A stretch of 32,000 bases of DNA from Geotalea daltonii FRC-32 (GTDB lineage Bacteria; Desulfobacterota; Desulfuromonadia; Geobacterales; Geobacteraceae), in the NCBI RefSeq assembly GCF_000022265.1, contig NC_011979.1, positions 2,280,001 through 2,312,000 of the forward strand, given 5' to 3'. The position numbers were made by a program, and so were the translations under genes. The stretch's first letter is position 1. Every line of letters begins with the position of its first letter. Positions 15,308 to 23,795 of this stretch are shown piece by piece. The notes beneath the pieces were generated by a model. That model had not been told where the DNA came from. It ran no database searches and saw only the letters and a list, made by a program, of their open reading frames with translations.

Positions 15308-15781
15308 ATGATCATCGGACCCGCCACCGCGGCGGATGCAACGGAAATACTGGCCCTGCAGCGGCTGGCTTACAGGAGCGAGGCTGAACTGTACGACGAC
15401 TTCAGCATTCCGCCCCTGACCCAGACCCTGGATGAGCTGATGGCCGAGTTCCCGGGGCGCACGGTCCTGAAGGCCGTGGACGGAGAAAAGATTGTCGGCT
15501 CGGTGCAGGGATTTCAGGTGGGGGATACCTGTTTCGTCGGCCGGCTGATGGTCCACCCGGATTGGCAAGGGAACGGCCTCGGCACGCAGCTCATGGCTGC
15601 CATCGAGAGCCGCTTTACTGCCGTCGATCGCTTTGAGCTCTATACGGGCCACAGGAGCAGCGCAAACATCCGCCTGTATGAGCGGCTCGGCTATGGGCAG
15701 TTCAGAACCGAAAAAGTGAATTCCCGGCTTTCCCTTGTTTTCATGGAGAAACACGCATTGCAAGGGGAAATCGCCGGTTGA
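15308..15781 (+). CDS. GNAT family N-acetyltransferase
   Basis: 157 aa with the acetyl-CoA binding motif VHPDWQGNGLGTQLM and RBS aaaggag. Confidence 0.85.
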   Translation: MIIGPATAADATEILALQRLAYRSEAELYDDFSIPPLTQTLDELMAEFPGRTVLKAVDGEKIVGSVQGFQVGDTCFVGRLMVHPDWQGNGLGTQLMAAIESRFTAVDRFELYTGHRSSANIRLYERLGYGQFRTEKVNSRLSLVFMEKHALQGEIAG

Positions 15782-15812
15782 AAAAATGCATCCTCACTCC
15801 CCCATCTGAGCT

Positions 15813-15998
15813 TTGGTGAAAATGATGATCATGAAGATAAGACGGATGATTGCTCTCACGTTCGCATCATTTCTTTTGATTATCACAATCGGCCGCTATC
15901 GTTTCAATGCAACAGGACTTCCTCTTTTTACAGAAGACTCCCTTATCAAAAGGATTGCGGTAACATTGAAAATCGGAAAGATGGGCCGTAGGGGATGA
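15813..15998 (+). CDS. Possible small membrane protein in an AT-rich spacer
   Basis: 61-codon ORF with a TTG start (internal ATGs follow) and one hydrophobic helix (MIALTFASFLLIITIG). No convincing RBS, and local GC is clearly below the window average. Confidence 0.25.
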   Translation: MVKMMIMKIRRMIALTFASFLLIITIGRYRFNATGLPLFTEDSLIKRIAVTLKIGKMGRRG

Positions 15999-16030
15999 TG
16001 AAGCGAAGACCCTTTGAATGGGAGGCATAA

Positions 16031-16600
16031 TTGAACGAAGACCTGCGTGACGAACTTTGTCTGATGCAGCATGAAGACCAGAGAGTATTGCAGGAATTGA
16101 TAGAAAATGGTGAGTTGGGCACGGTCGAATACCATCCTCGCATCAAGGAGATCCACGAGCGAAATAACGCGCGCATCAAACAAATTGTCGAACAATATGG
16201 ATGGCCGGGACGCAGCCTGGTGGGCAAGGAAGGAGCCGACGCCGCCTGGCTGGTCGCCCAGCATGCGGTGCTTGATACAGCATTCATGGAGTCCTGTCTC
16301 GCCTTGCTCGGAGCGGCCGTTAGAAGCGGTGAGGCAGAAGGTTGGCACCTGGCCTACCTGCAGGACCGGGTGTTGACCATGTCCGGCAGACCGCAAATTT
16401 ATGGTACCCAGCATCAGATTGATGAAAATGGAACTGCTTTTCCCCTACCGATAAAGAATCCGGAAGATGTCGACAACCTGCGGAGAGAAATGGGATTGGA
16501 CACTCTCGCGGAGGCGACAAACAGGATACAAGAGAGGGAGAACGCGGTACGGCGTCATCGCGTGGCCGCTACCCCCGAAAATAGGCAGGAGGCTAAATGA
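16031..16600 (+). CDS. Conserved hypothetical helical protein (resembles the DUF6624 family)
   Basis: 189 aa with TTG start 5 nt after GGAGG (16021-16025). It contains ...GWPGRSLVG.EGADAAWLVAQHA...LQDRVL...G.PQIYGTQ.... Confidence 0.6.
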   Translation: MNEDLRDELCLMQHEDQRVLQELIENGELGTVEYHPRIKEIHERNNARIKQIVEQYGWPGRSLVGKEGADAAWLVAQHAVLDTAFMESCLALLGAAVRSGEAEGWHLAYLQDRVLTMSGRPQIYGTQHQIDENGTAFPLPIKNPEDVDNLRREMGLDTLAEATNRIQERENAVRRHRVAATPENRQEAK

Positions 16601-16625
16601 AGAGCCGTAACGTCCGGAGGCCGTT

Positions 16626-17171
16626 TTGACGCCTCCATTCATATTGGGCTTGCCGAACGTTTGGATACTGTGTGTTCCGGTGGTTTTGGGGATGGCTGTC
16701 TGCGGCCTCAAAAAGGGAGTCGCAAAGCGTATGTCCGACATGACCGGCTACAATGCCCGGGAAAGATTCTACACCATCGGCGCATCGGTTGCCCCGTATC
16801 CCTTCATGGTTGTTGCCGTGTGGACACCGTTCACTTCCATCAAGCCTGCTCTTTACGGGGGAATGGCCCTTTATCTCATAGGTCTGGGTTTCTTTGTCGC
16901 CACACTGTATATACTTGCCGCAACGCCTTTGGATCAGCCGTTTTCTGCCGGGCCTTACAAAGTTTCAAGAAACCCGCTTTATGTGGCGGCGACGATATTA
17001 TTTTTCAGTATCTGCGTTGTTTCACTCAATGTTATCCTCTTTGCCATTACGGTCATCCTCGTAGTTCTACAGCATTTAATGATTCTGGCAGAGGAGCGGG
17101 TCTGCAGGCTCAGATATGGCAGGACCTATGAGGAGTATATGAAAAAGGTGCCCCGCTATTTATTGGTGTAA
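16626..17171 (+). CDS. Isoprenylcysteine carboxyl methyltransferase (ICMT)/PEMT-family membrane methyltransferase
   Basis: TTG start 5 nt after GGAGG (16616-16620). The protein is multi-TM and carries GPYKVSRNPLYVAA ... LAEERVCRLRYGRTYEEYMKKVPRYL, the ICMT-family C-terminal SAM-binding signature. Confidence 0.8.
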   Translation: MTPPFILGLPNVWILCVPVVLGMAVCGLKKGVAKRMSDMTGYNARERFYTIGASVAPYPFMVVAVWTPFTSIKPALYGGMALYLIGLGFFVATLYILAATPLDQPFSAGPYKVSRNPLYVAATILFFSICVVSLNVILFAITVILVVLQHLMILAEERVCRLRYGRTYEEYMKKVPRYLLV

Positions 17172-17195
17172 CTGAAGGTAGAAGGAGAGATTGTG

Positions 17196-17486
17196 ATGGA
17201 ACCGGTATTGGCGCTCATGGAAGTGCATGTGAAAGATAAGGAAAAATTTGCCGAGTATCTAAAGGGACATATGCCGACGATCGATCAATACGGCGGCAAG
17301 GTCACATTGAGAAGCGAGGGGATCGAAAGTATCGAGGGTGACTGGCTGCCGAAGCTGTTTGTGATGCAGGAATGGCCCAGCGTGGAGGCCTTCAGGAAGT
17401 GGTATGCATCCAAGGAATACCAACCATGGAAGGATCTCAGGAAAGAGGCGTGCGACCTGAAGCTTACCCTGGTAAGAAAACTTTAA
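17196..17486 (+). CDS. DUF1330-domain protein
   Basis: 96 aa from ATG 17196, with RBS gaaggagag. The sequence ...VKDKEKFAEYLKGHMPTIDQYGGKVTLRSE..ESIEGDW.P...VMQEWPS.EAFRKWYAS.EYQ matches DUF1330. Confidence 0.75.
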   Translation: MEPVLALMEVHVKDKEKFAEYLKGHMPTIDQYGGKVTLRSEGIESIEGDWLPKLFVMQEWPSVEAFRKWYASKEYQPWKDLRKEACDLKLTLVRKL

Positions 17487-17500
17487 AAATTGTAACGGAA

Positions 17501-18286
17501 ATGCGGAGTCCTGTGCCCTCCCATCTGGATGACCACAATCTGCCGGTCAAGCTGTTTGCCGCCACCATAGTCATACTGATGGCGCTTGTTCCGGTTGTCC
17601 CGACCTCCGGCAAAATTGCAATCGAGGTTGCCATGGTGATCGTTTCTGCCTTGTCATGGCGAAAGCCCTCATTTCCCTTGGGGCTGTTCGGCACCATATT
17701 TGGCGGCGTTGTTTTTCTGCATATCCCATACTCCCAGCTCTCATTTGCCCTGGTGATCGTCCTGTATCTGCTTGTCATAGCCATGTTCCCACACCTGCGA
17801 CGCGGCTCGGGCTGGTTTTGCCGGGGAGAGTTCGGGCGCACCGTGATTCTTTTGTGTTTCGGCACCGCTGCTGTCAGCGGGGTGGCGCTCATCGCCTGGT
17901 TCATGCTCACAAAACCGGGTATCGCGGATCTGATCCGGAGCTTCGTCCCTCAAGCATCTTTGCCCGTTCTTGTTGTCGGTGGCCTTATATTCGCCATGGT
18001 AAACGCTGCCGTGGAAGAGATGGTGTATCGCGGCGCTGTGGTCGGGGGCCTTGTGGAGTCAAAGGTGCCGACCTCTATCCTTTTGCCCCTCCAGGCCATC
18101 GCCTTCGGCACCATCCACATCGGCGGCTTCCCTCGGGGGTGGCTCGGGGTTGCACTTGCGACCGTCTACGGGTTCCTTCTGGGAGTTATCAGGCTTAGCT
18201 CCCGGGGGCTGCTTGCTCCGTGGGCCGGACATGTGCTGACAGACCTTGTGATAGTGGCGATTGTGTTTTCAGTTGCCGGTTTCTGA
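17501..18286 (+). CDS. CPBP-family intramembrane glutamic endopeptidase (CAAX protease/Abi family)
   Basis: From ORF 17372..18286, trimmed to Met 17501 to remove the overlap with DUF1330. All three CPBP motifs are present: AAVEEMVYRG (EExxxR), AFGTIH (FxxxH) and GHVLTD (HxxxD). The protein has multiple TM helices. Confidence 0.8.
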   Translation: MRSPVPSHLDDHNLPVKLFAATIVILMALVPVVPTSGKIAIEVAMVIVSALSWRKPSFPLGLFGTIFGGVVFLHIPYSQLSFALVIVLYLLVIAMFPHLRRGSGWFCRGEFGRTVILLCFGTAAVSGVALIAWFMLTKPGIADLIRSFVPQASLPVLVVGGLIFAMVNAAVEEMVYRGAVVGGLVESKVPTSILLPLQAIAFGTIHIGGFPRGWLGVALATVYGFLLGVIRLSSRGLLAPWAGHVLTDLVIVAIVFSVAGF

Positions 18287-18399
18287 ATCAAACCTGTGCT
18301 GCCCAGGTTCAGCATGATATGCCCCCTGTAACTTTAGCAAGATTGGAATAGCGCGGAGCCATGTGCCCGTGCTATTTCTCTTTGTGGAAGAGGGAAAGA

Positions 18400-19257
18400 A
18401 TGAAGGAAACTACAGTCAACAATTACCAGGAGCGGGTGAATCGGGTCCTGGTCCATATCGATGCGAACCTCGACCAACCATTGTCCTTGACCATGTTGGC
18501 TGAAGTGGCCTCTTTTTCTCCCTTCCACTTTCATCGCATTTTTGCTGCACATATGGGGGAGACCCTCCATGGTCATGTTCGGAGGTTGCGGCTGGAAAGG
18601 GCCGCACAACGTCTTTTTCGCACCGACAGCGGGATCACGGAGATAGCGTTGGCCGCCGGTTTTGAGACACCTGCAGCTTTTACCAAGGCTTTCCGTGAGC
18701 ATTTTGGGCAGACGCCATCAGCCTTCAGGGGAAATGGAGGGCCGTGGGAACCAGGGACGGACTTGGTGCATAGGGAGACGGCCGCAGTGCCGCAGCCGCA
18801 ATTGACGAGTGTGAACGGCAGGGATGTCCTGTTCGTCCGGAAAACGGGCCCATATGAGGAAGCTGCAGCCGCGGCCTGGCAGGCGCTAATGGCCTTCGCT
18901 TACGCGCGGCGCCTGATGACCAGAGAAACGCAATTAATCGGCATATCCCACGACGATCCCAACATCACCCCAGAGAACCGCATCCGCTATGACGCTTGCA
19001 TCACATTCCCAGGGAGTGTGAAACCTGAGAATGAAGTGGGGATTCAACGCATTGCAGGTGGACGATATGCTGTTTTTCTACATCGGGGAGCTTACGAACG
19101 GATGGGGGCGACGATAAATGCCATCTTTGCCGGATGGCTCCCTGGAACAGACCGACAGCTGCGAGAAGCCCCCTGCTTCGAGATGTACCTGAACCGGGAC
19201 CCACGACGGACGAAGCCGGAGAATCTCCGGACAGAGGTCTGGGTTCCGGTTGAATAA
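18400..19257 (+). CDS. AraC-family regulator with a C-terminal GyrI-like effector-binding domain
   Basis: The start is placed at MKETTVNNYQERV. N-terminal HTHs (LSLTMLAEVASFSPFHFHRIFAAHMGE; ITEIALAAGFETPAAFTKAFREHFGQTPSAFR) precede an SbmC/GyrI-like C-terminus. Confidence 0.85.
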   Translation: MKETTVNNYQERVNRVLVHIDANLDQPLSLTMLAEVASFSPFHFHRIFAAHMGETLHGHVRRLRLERAAQRLFRTDSGITEIALAAGFETPAAFTKAFREHFGQTPSAFRGNGGPWEPGTDLVHRETAAVPQPQLTSVNGRDVLFVRKTGPYEEAAAAAWQALMAFAYARRLMTRETQLIGISHDDPNITPENRIRYDACITFPGSVKPENEVGIQRIAGGRYAVFLHRGAYERMGATINAIFAGWLPGTDRQLREAPCFEMYLNRDPRRTKPENLRTEVWVPVE

Positions 19258-19280
19258 ACCCCATTCGGGAGGAGATGACT

Positions 19281-19892
19281 ATGGAAAAGGTAGACTACAA
19301 AAAGCAGCTGAAACATCTGTACGCCCCTTCCGTCGGCAAGGTCGGCATTGTGGATGTACCCGAGATGAGTTTCCTCATGGTCGACGGGGAAGGGAATCCC
19401 AACACTGCAAAATCCTTCAGCGACGCCGTAGAAGCGCTGTTTTCGGTTGCCTACACGTTAAAATTCATGATCAGGAACAGGGGTGGGGGAATCGATTACG
19501 GGGTGATGCCGCTGGAAGCCCTCTGGTGGTCCGACGACATGAATGCCTTCGTCACCGGTAATAAGGATGCCTGGAAATGGACGGTAATGATCATGCAGCC
19601 CGAATTGATTACTGCTGCAATGGTTGCAGAGGCTCTGGAACAGGTGAAAAAAAAGAAGAATCCCGTTGCCCTGCCGTTGTGGAGATTCGAGAGTTTCCAC
19701 GAGGGGAGAGCAGCTCAGACCATGCACATTGGGCCGTTCTCCGAGGAAGGACCGACCATCGAGAAGGTGCATGCATTCATAGAAGAGAATGGCAGCAGCA
19801 GGGTAGGTAAACACCACGAAATATATTTAAGCGACATTCGCCGGGCAGCACCGGAAAAGTGGAAGACTATCGTCAGGCAACCAATGTCATGA
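19281..19892 (+). CDS. GyrI-like small-molecule-binding domain protein
   Basis: MEKVDYKKQLKHLYAPS.GKVGIVDVPEMSFLMVDGEGNPNT... is a typical N-terminus for this family. RBS gggaggag lies 7 nt upstream of ATG 19281. Confidence 0.75.
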   Translation: MEKVDYKKQLKHLYAPSVGKVGIVDVPEMSFLMVDGEGNPNTAKSFSDAVEALFSVAYTLKFMIRNRGGGIDYGVMPLEALWWSDDMNAFVTGNKDAWKWTVMIMQPELITAAMVAEALEQVKKKKNPVALPLWRFESFHEGRAAQTMHIGPFSEEGPTIEKVHAFIEENGSSRVGKHHEIYLSDIRRAAPEKWKTIVRQPMS

Positions 19893-19991
19893 TTATCAGG
19901 AATACTCAGCGAGGCATCCATCGGAGTGGAGACATTTCTTTCTCTTTTTGACGGCATAGCCGCCATCCCAAGGCCATGAATGAAACGTCCG

Positions 19992-20948
19992 TCACCCACC
20001 CCGAAATTCTTTGCGGTACCGTGTGGGTGAGATCTTCAAGATTTTATTGAAATGCAGACGCAGGGAAATTTCTGAGCCGAAACCGGCCTGCCGGGCGACC
20101 TGGTCTACCGGTTTGCCGGTTGTTTCCAGCAAGCGTTGGGCCAGTGCCAGTCGCTGATTGAGAAGCCATTTACCGACCGTGGTGCCGGTTGCCTGGCGGA
20201 AGCGCCTGGTAAAGGTGCGGCGGCTCATGAAGACGCGGGCGGCCAGGGTATCCAGGCTATGGGGGTGGTCCAGGTTCTGCTGTACCCATTCCAGTGCCTG
20301 GGCGAAGCGGTCGACGGTGGGCGTGCTCTGCAACGGCTGCTCGATGTATTGCGCCTGTCCCCCCTGGCGATGGGGCGGGACCACCAGGCGGCGCGCCACG
20401 CGGCTTGCCACTTCAGCGCCATGGATGTTGCGCAGGATATGCAGGCAACAGTCGATTCCGGCAGCCCCACCGGCAGAGGTAATTATCGTCCCTTCATCCA
20501 CATAGAGGACATCCCGGTCTATTTCGATCAGCGGGTAACGGCTTGCCAGATCATCGGCCCAGGCCCAGTGGGTGGTAGCGCGGCAACCATCCAACAGCCC
20601 GGTTGCAGCCAGAACGTAACTGCCGAGGCATAGTCCCACCAAGATCGCACCACGTTCGGCGGCCTTGCGCAGTGCCCTCAAAAGGTGTTGCGGCGGCAGC
20701 TCATTGGGGTCATACCAGCTGGGAACGATGATGATCCCGGCCTTCTCCAGCTCGCCCAGGTCATTAAGCCCGGTCAGCGAGAATCCGGCGCTGGTGGCCA
20801 GCGTCCCCCTCTCCACACCACAGACTACCACCTTGAATTGCGGCACTCCGGCATCCCGTCGGTCTTCTCCGAATACGGCACAGGGAACCGAGAGGTGCAG
20901 CGGACTAATGCCGTTGAATGCTACCACTGCTATGTTGTCTTTTAACAT
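19992..20948 (-). CDS. GlxA-family regulator (DJ-1/PfpI domain plus AraC HTH)
   Basis: 318 aa. The N-terminal DJ-1/PfpI-like domain carries the nucleophile-elbow Cys (VGLCLGSYVLA). The C-terminal AraC HTH is LDTLAARVFMSRRTFTRRFRQATGTT...VARQAGFGSEISLRLHF. Confidence 0.85.
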   Translation of the reverse strand: MLKDNIAVVAFNGISPLHLSVPCAVFGEDRRDAGVPQFKVVVCGVERGTLATSAGFSLTGLNDLGELEKAGIIIVPSWYDPNELPPQHLLRALRKAAERGAILVGLCLGSYVLAATGLLDGCRATTHWAWADDLASRYPLIEIDRDVLYVDEGTIITSAGGAAGIDCCLHILRNIHGAEVASRVARRLVVPPHRQGGQAQYIEQPLQSTPTVDRFAQALEWVQQNLDHPHSLDTLAARVFMSRRTFTRRFRQATGTTVGKWLLNQRLALAQRLLETTGKPVDQVARQAGFGSEISLRLHFNKILKISPTRYRKEFRGG

Positions 20949-21129
20949 CCCATTTCTCCGTAAAAATATTCGGTTCTTCAGACATTTTCGGGGAAGGCAG
21001 TCGTGGCGTCGGAAGTGAATGATCCAAATATGGCCCGATTGTAACAGATATTGTCAATCAGGCCACTGTTATTCTTGCGCCTTCCGATGGATAATGTTTT
21101 ACAGCAACGATCGGAGAGGAGGAATCATC

Positions 21130-22278
21130 ATGGCTGAACTAAGAGCGCTGGGAGAGAGTGATTTAACGCAGATCAAGAATTGGCCGCCCTATCCGGGGGA
21201 CATGGCGCAGATGGACTATGCATTGCGGGAAGAGGGCTGGCTTGATGAATGTCTGACGAAGGGGGAAGCCTTCGCTTACGCTGTGGAAGAAGGGGATCAA
21301 CTGATAGGATTTACCATCTTGCGCAAAACTGGTGCGGCAGAAGCTGAATTCCGCATCGCCCTGCGTGCCGACAAAACCGGACTGGGGTTTGGTGGTAACA
21401 TTACCCTGCAGACGCTGCGAATCGGCTTTGAGAAGCATGGGTTTTCCCGAATCCACCTGATCGTCAGGAAGAATAATAGCCGGGGCATCAAGCTGTATCA
21501 ACGGATCGGCTTTGTGGACCGCGGTGAATGCCGCCAGGAGATCCTGGGAAATCCGGTTGATTTCCGGCTGATGGATATTAGCAGCGAGGAAATTGCACAA
21601 ATGGGTGTTGGAAATCCTGAACAACTTGATGAAAAGGAGAAACCTGTGGCAAAAGCGCCAGGACGTGCACTGATCGTTATCGATGTGCAAAACGATTATA
21701 TGGGCGGTAAAGTGCCGATCGAATTTCCGCCGGTTGAGCAGTCTCTTGCCAATATCGGCAGGGCGATGGATGCGGCCAAGACTGCCGGTGTGCCGGTTGT
21801 GGTTGTGCAAAACGTGCTGCCGGAAGGCGCTCCTTTCCTTGCCAGGGGAACGGATGGCGCCGAACTCCACGCCACAGTCAGATCCCGTGGCTGGGACCAC
21901 TATGTCTTGAAAGGTCTTCCCAGCGCCTTAGCCGGCACCGGTCTGGAAGAATGGCTCAGGGCGCACGGAATCGATACCATTACCATCGTTGGGTACATGA
22001 CGCACAACTGTGATCTTTCGACAGTCGTGGAAGGAGTCCATGCCGGGTTTGCGATGGAAGTCCTGTCCGATGCCACCGGGGCTGTTCCATATGAAAATCG
22101 GGCCGGGGCAGCCGGTGCGGCGGAAATTCATCGTGTCATGATGGTGGTGATGCAAGCCCGCTTTGCCGCCGTCATGGGGACCGATGAATGGATTTCCATT
22201 CTTGCGACAGGTGCTGAGCCGGAAAGGGACACGATCTACAGTTCGAATCGGCGCGCACGCAGGCTCAGGGCTACCTGA
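21130..22278 (+). CDS. GNAT acetyltransferase - isochorismatase-family cysteine hydrolase fusion
   Basis: From ORF 21019..22278, trimmed to ATG 21130 (RBS ggagaggagg). Residues ~1-150 look like GNAT (KTGLGFGGNITLQTL...IKLYQRIGF). Residues ~185-383 look like isochorismatase (ALIVIDVQNDY...VGYMTHNCDLSTV). Confidence 0.8.
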   Translation: MAELRALGESDLTQIKNWPPYPGDMAQMDYALREEGWLDECLTKGEAFAYAVEEGDQLIGFTILRKTGAAEAEFRIALRADKTGLGFGGNITLQTLRIGFEKHGFSRIHLIVRKNNSRGIKLYQRIGFVDRGECRQEILGNPVDFRLMDISSEEIAQMGVGNPEQLDEKEKPVAKAPGRALIVIDVQNDYMGGKVPIEFPPVEQSLANIGRAMDAAKTAGVPVVVVQNVLPEGAPFLARGTDGAELHATVRSRGWDHYVLKGLPSALAGTGLEEWLRAHGIDTITIVGYMTHNCDLSTVVEGVHAGFAMEVLSDATGAVPYENRAGAAGAAEIHRVMMVVMQARFAAVMGTDEWISILATGAEPERDTIYSSNRRARRLRAT

Positions 22279-22310
22279 TCGCCTGCGCCGGCCAGTATTG
22301 AAAACAATCC

Positions 22311-22362
22311 TTGACAGCGCAGGACTATTAACGTATTTCTATACTTCGACAACTATCGAAGT
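22311..22362 (+). promoter_or_regulatory. Candidate promoter plus inverted-repeat operator upstream of the ArsR-family gene
   Basis: TTGACA (22311-22316), 17 nt, then TATTTC. A 7-bp perfect inverted repeat ACTTCGA-caacta-TCGAAGT (22343-22362) ends 11 nt before ATG 22374. Confidence 0.4.
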
Positions 22363-22373
22363 GAAGGAATCAA

Positions 22374-22676
22374 ATGGATACCCAAAAACTGGCCAAGATG
22401 CTCAAAGCACTATCCCACCCCAACCGGCTCGAATTATATCTGGAGATTGCCCGAAAACACGAGGCAAGTTTCAAAACAGGTTGCGACTGTTTCGTCAGTG
22501 ACATCATCGGCTCCCTCAACATCGGCGCCCCGACCATTTCCCATCACCTGAAAGAACTGGCCAATGCCGGGCTGATCGTCACGGAACGGAAGGGGAAGTT
22601 CCTGGTGGCAAGGGTCAACGAGAAGGCCGTAGAAGAGGTGAGCAAGGTCCTGACGTTTCCCCATTCTACAGTATGA
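22374..22676 (+). CDS. ArsR/SmtB-family metalloregulator-type transcriptional repressor
   Basis: 100 aa with LAKMLKALSHPNRLELYLEIA and APTISHHLKELANAGLIVTERKGKF (winged HTH). Confidence 0.85.
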   Translation: MDTQKLAKMLKALSHPNRLELYLEIARKHEASFKTGCDCFVSDIIGSLNIGAPTISHHLKELANAGLIVTERKGKFLVARVNEKAVEEVSKVLTFPHSTV

Positions 22677-22940
22677 GCGGGCAGTCGCGACATCGTCCGT
22701 TCGCCTCTGTCGCCACAGCTGCGGACCTTGCGGTGCCGCACGAGTAATGGTGTACTATGCTTGAATTGGCTGGTTGCCTCTCCGTTCCACATGCGGCGGG
22801 TGTCCGCTCGCAGCTGTAGCTCGTCGCTCACTCCCGATGCCGCGACTGCCTCCTCCGGCAATGTCAGAGGAACCATTTTTTTGCTCGGTCATTTCGATGT
22901 TTGTTGAATTGTCAAAATATCAATAACAGAGGAGGAGTCT

Positions 22941-23750
22941 ATGGGTGGAGAGGAGCAGTGGGATGACCGGGAGACGGTGCTGGTCACCGGCGCTACCAGC
23001 GGCATCGGATATGAGTTGTGTCGTCGATTTGCCGCCAATGGCCATAACCTGGTGGTCGTGGCGAGGGATGCCCGGCGGCTGGGGGAGATCGGTGCCGAGT
23101 TCGAGAAAAGCTTCGGCATAAGCAGCATGGGGATAACCGTGGATCTGGCAGTGCCGGGTGCTCCACAACAAATCTTCGACGACCTGCAGAGGCGGAACAT
23201 CCCGGTGCATATTCTGGTCAACAACGCCGGTTTCAATGAATACGGCCCTTTTGCCGATACCAGTCTCCAGCGGGAACTGGAGATGATCCAGCTCCATATC
23301 GCTGCCATCACCTCCCTCACCAAGCTTTTCCTGCCGGCGATGCTGCAGCGCAGGCACGGCGGCATCCTCAACGTGGGTTCGACCGGCTCGTTTGCCCCGG
23401 TGCCGCTCAATGCCGTCTACTGCGCCACCAAGGCCTACATCCTCAGCTTTACCGAGGCTCTGGCCGGGGAACTGCAAGGTTCCGGCATCAAGGTAACGGC
23501 CTTATGTCCCGGTGCAACGGCAACGGAATTTGCCGCAAGGGCCAATATGGAGGAAACCCGCATCTTTAAAGGGCCGCTGATGGATGCCGCTGCGGTCGCC
23601 GCTGCAGGGTACGAGGCCCTGCAGGAGAACCGAGGAGTGGTTGTCCCGGGAATTATGAACCAGGCGACCATTGCATCCATACGATTTGCCCCCAGGCGGC
23701 TAGTGGCAAGGATCGGCAGGTGGATGCTGGAACAAAAGCCGGCCCATTGA
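22941..23750 (+). CDS. Short-chain dehydrogenase/reductase (SDR)
   Basis: Motifs VLVTGATSGIG (TGxxxGxG), VNNAG and YCATK (YxxxK), with RBS gaggagg. Confidence 0.9.
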   Translation: MGGEEQWDDRETVLVTGATSGIGYELCRRFAANGHNLVVVARDARRLGEIGAEFEKSFGISSMGITVDLAVPGAPQQIFDDLQRRNIPVHILVNNAGFNEYGPFADTSLQRELEMIQLHIAAITSLTKLFLPAMLQRRHGGILNVGSTGSFAPVPLNAVYCATKAYILSFTEALAGELQGSGIKVTALCPGATATEFAARANMEETRIFKGPLMDAAAVAAAGYEALQENRGVVVPGIMNQATIASIRFAPRRLVARIGRWMLEQKPAH

Positions 23751-23795
23751 CCATTAACAGGTTGATGTTGTCGGACATCAGAAAAGGAGGAGACG

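Noticed and set aside
17372-17500. N-terminal extensions offered by the ORF track (17372 for the CPBP gene, 21019 for the GNAT fusion, 7471 for the TGase-like gene, 119 for the lipoprotein, 18361 for the AraC-GyrI gene)
   Set aside because: The extensions overlap upstream genes or lack an RBS. Internal Met codons give proper signal peptides, RBS spacing or family-typical N-termini.
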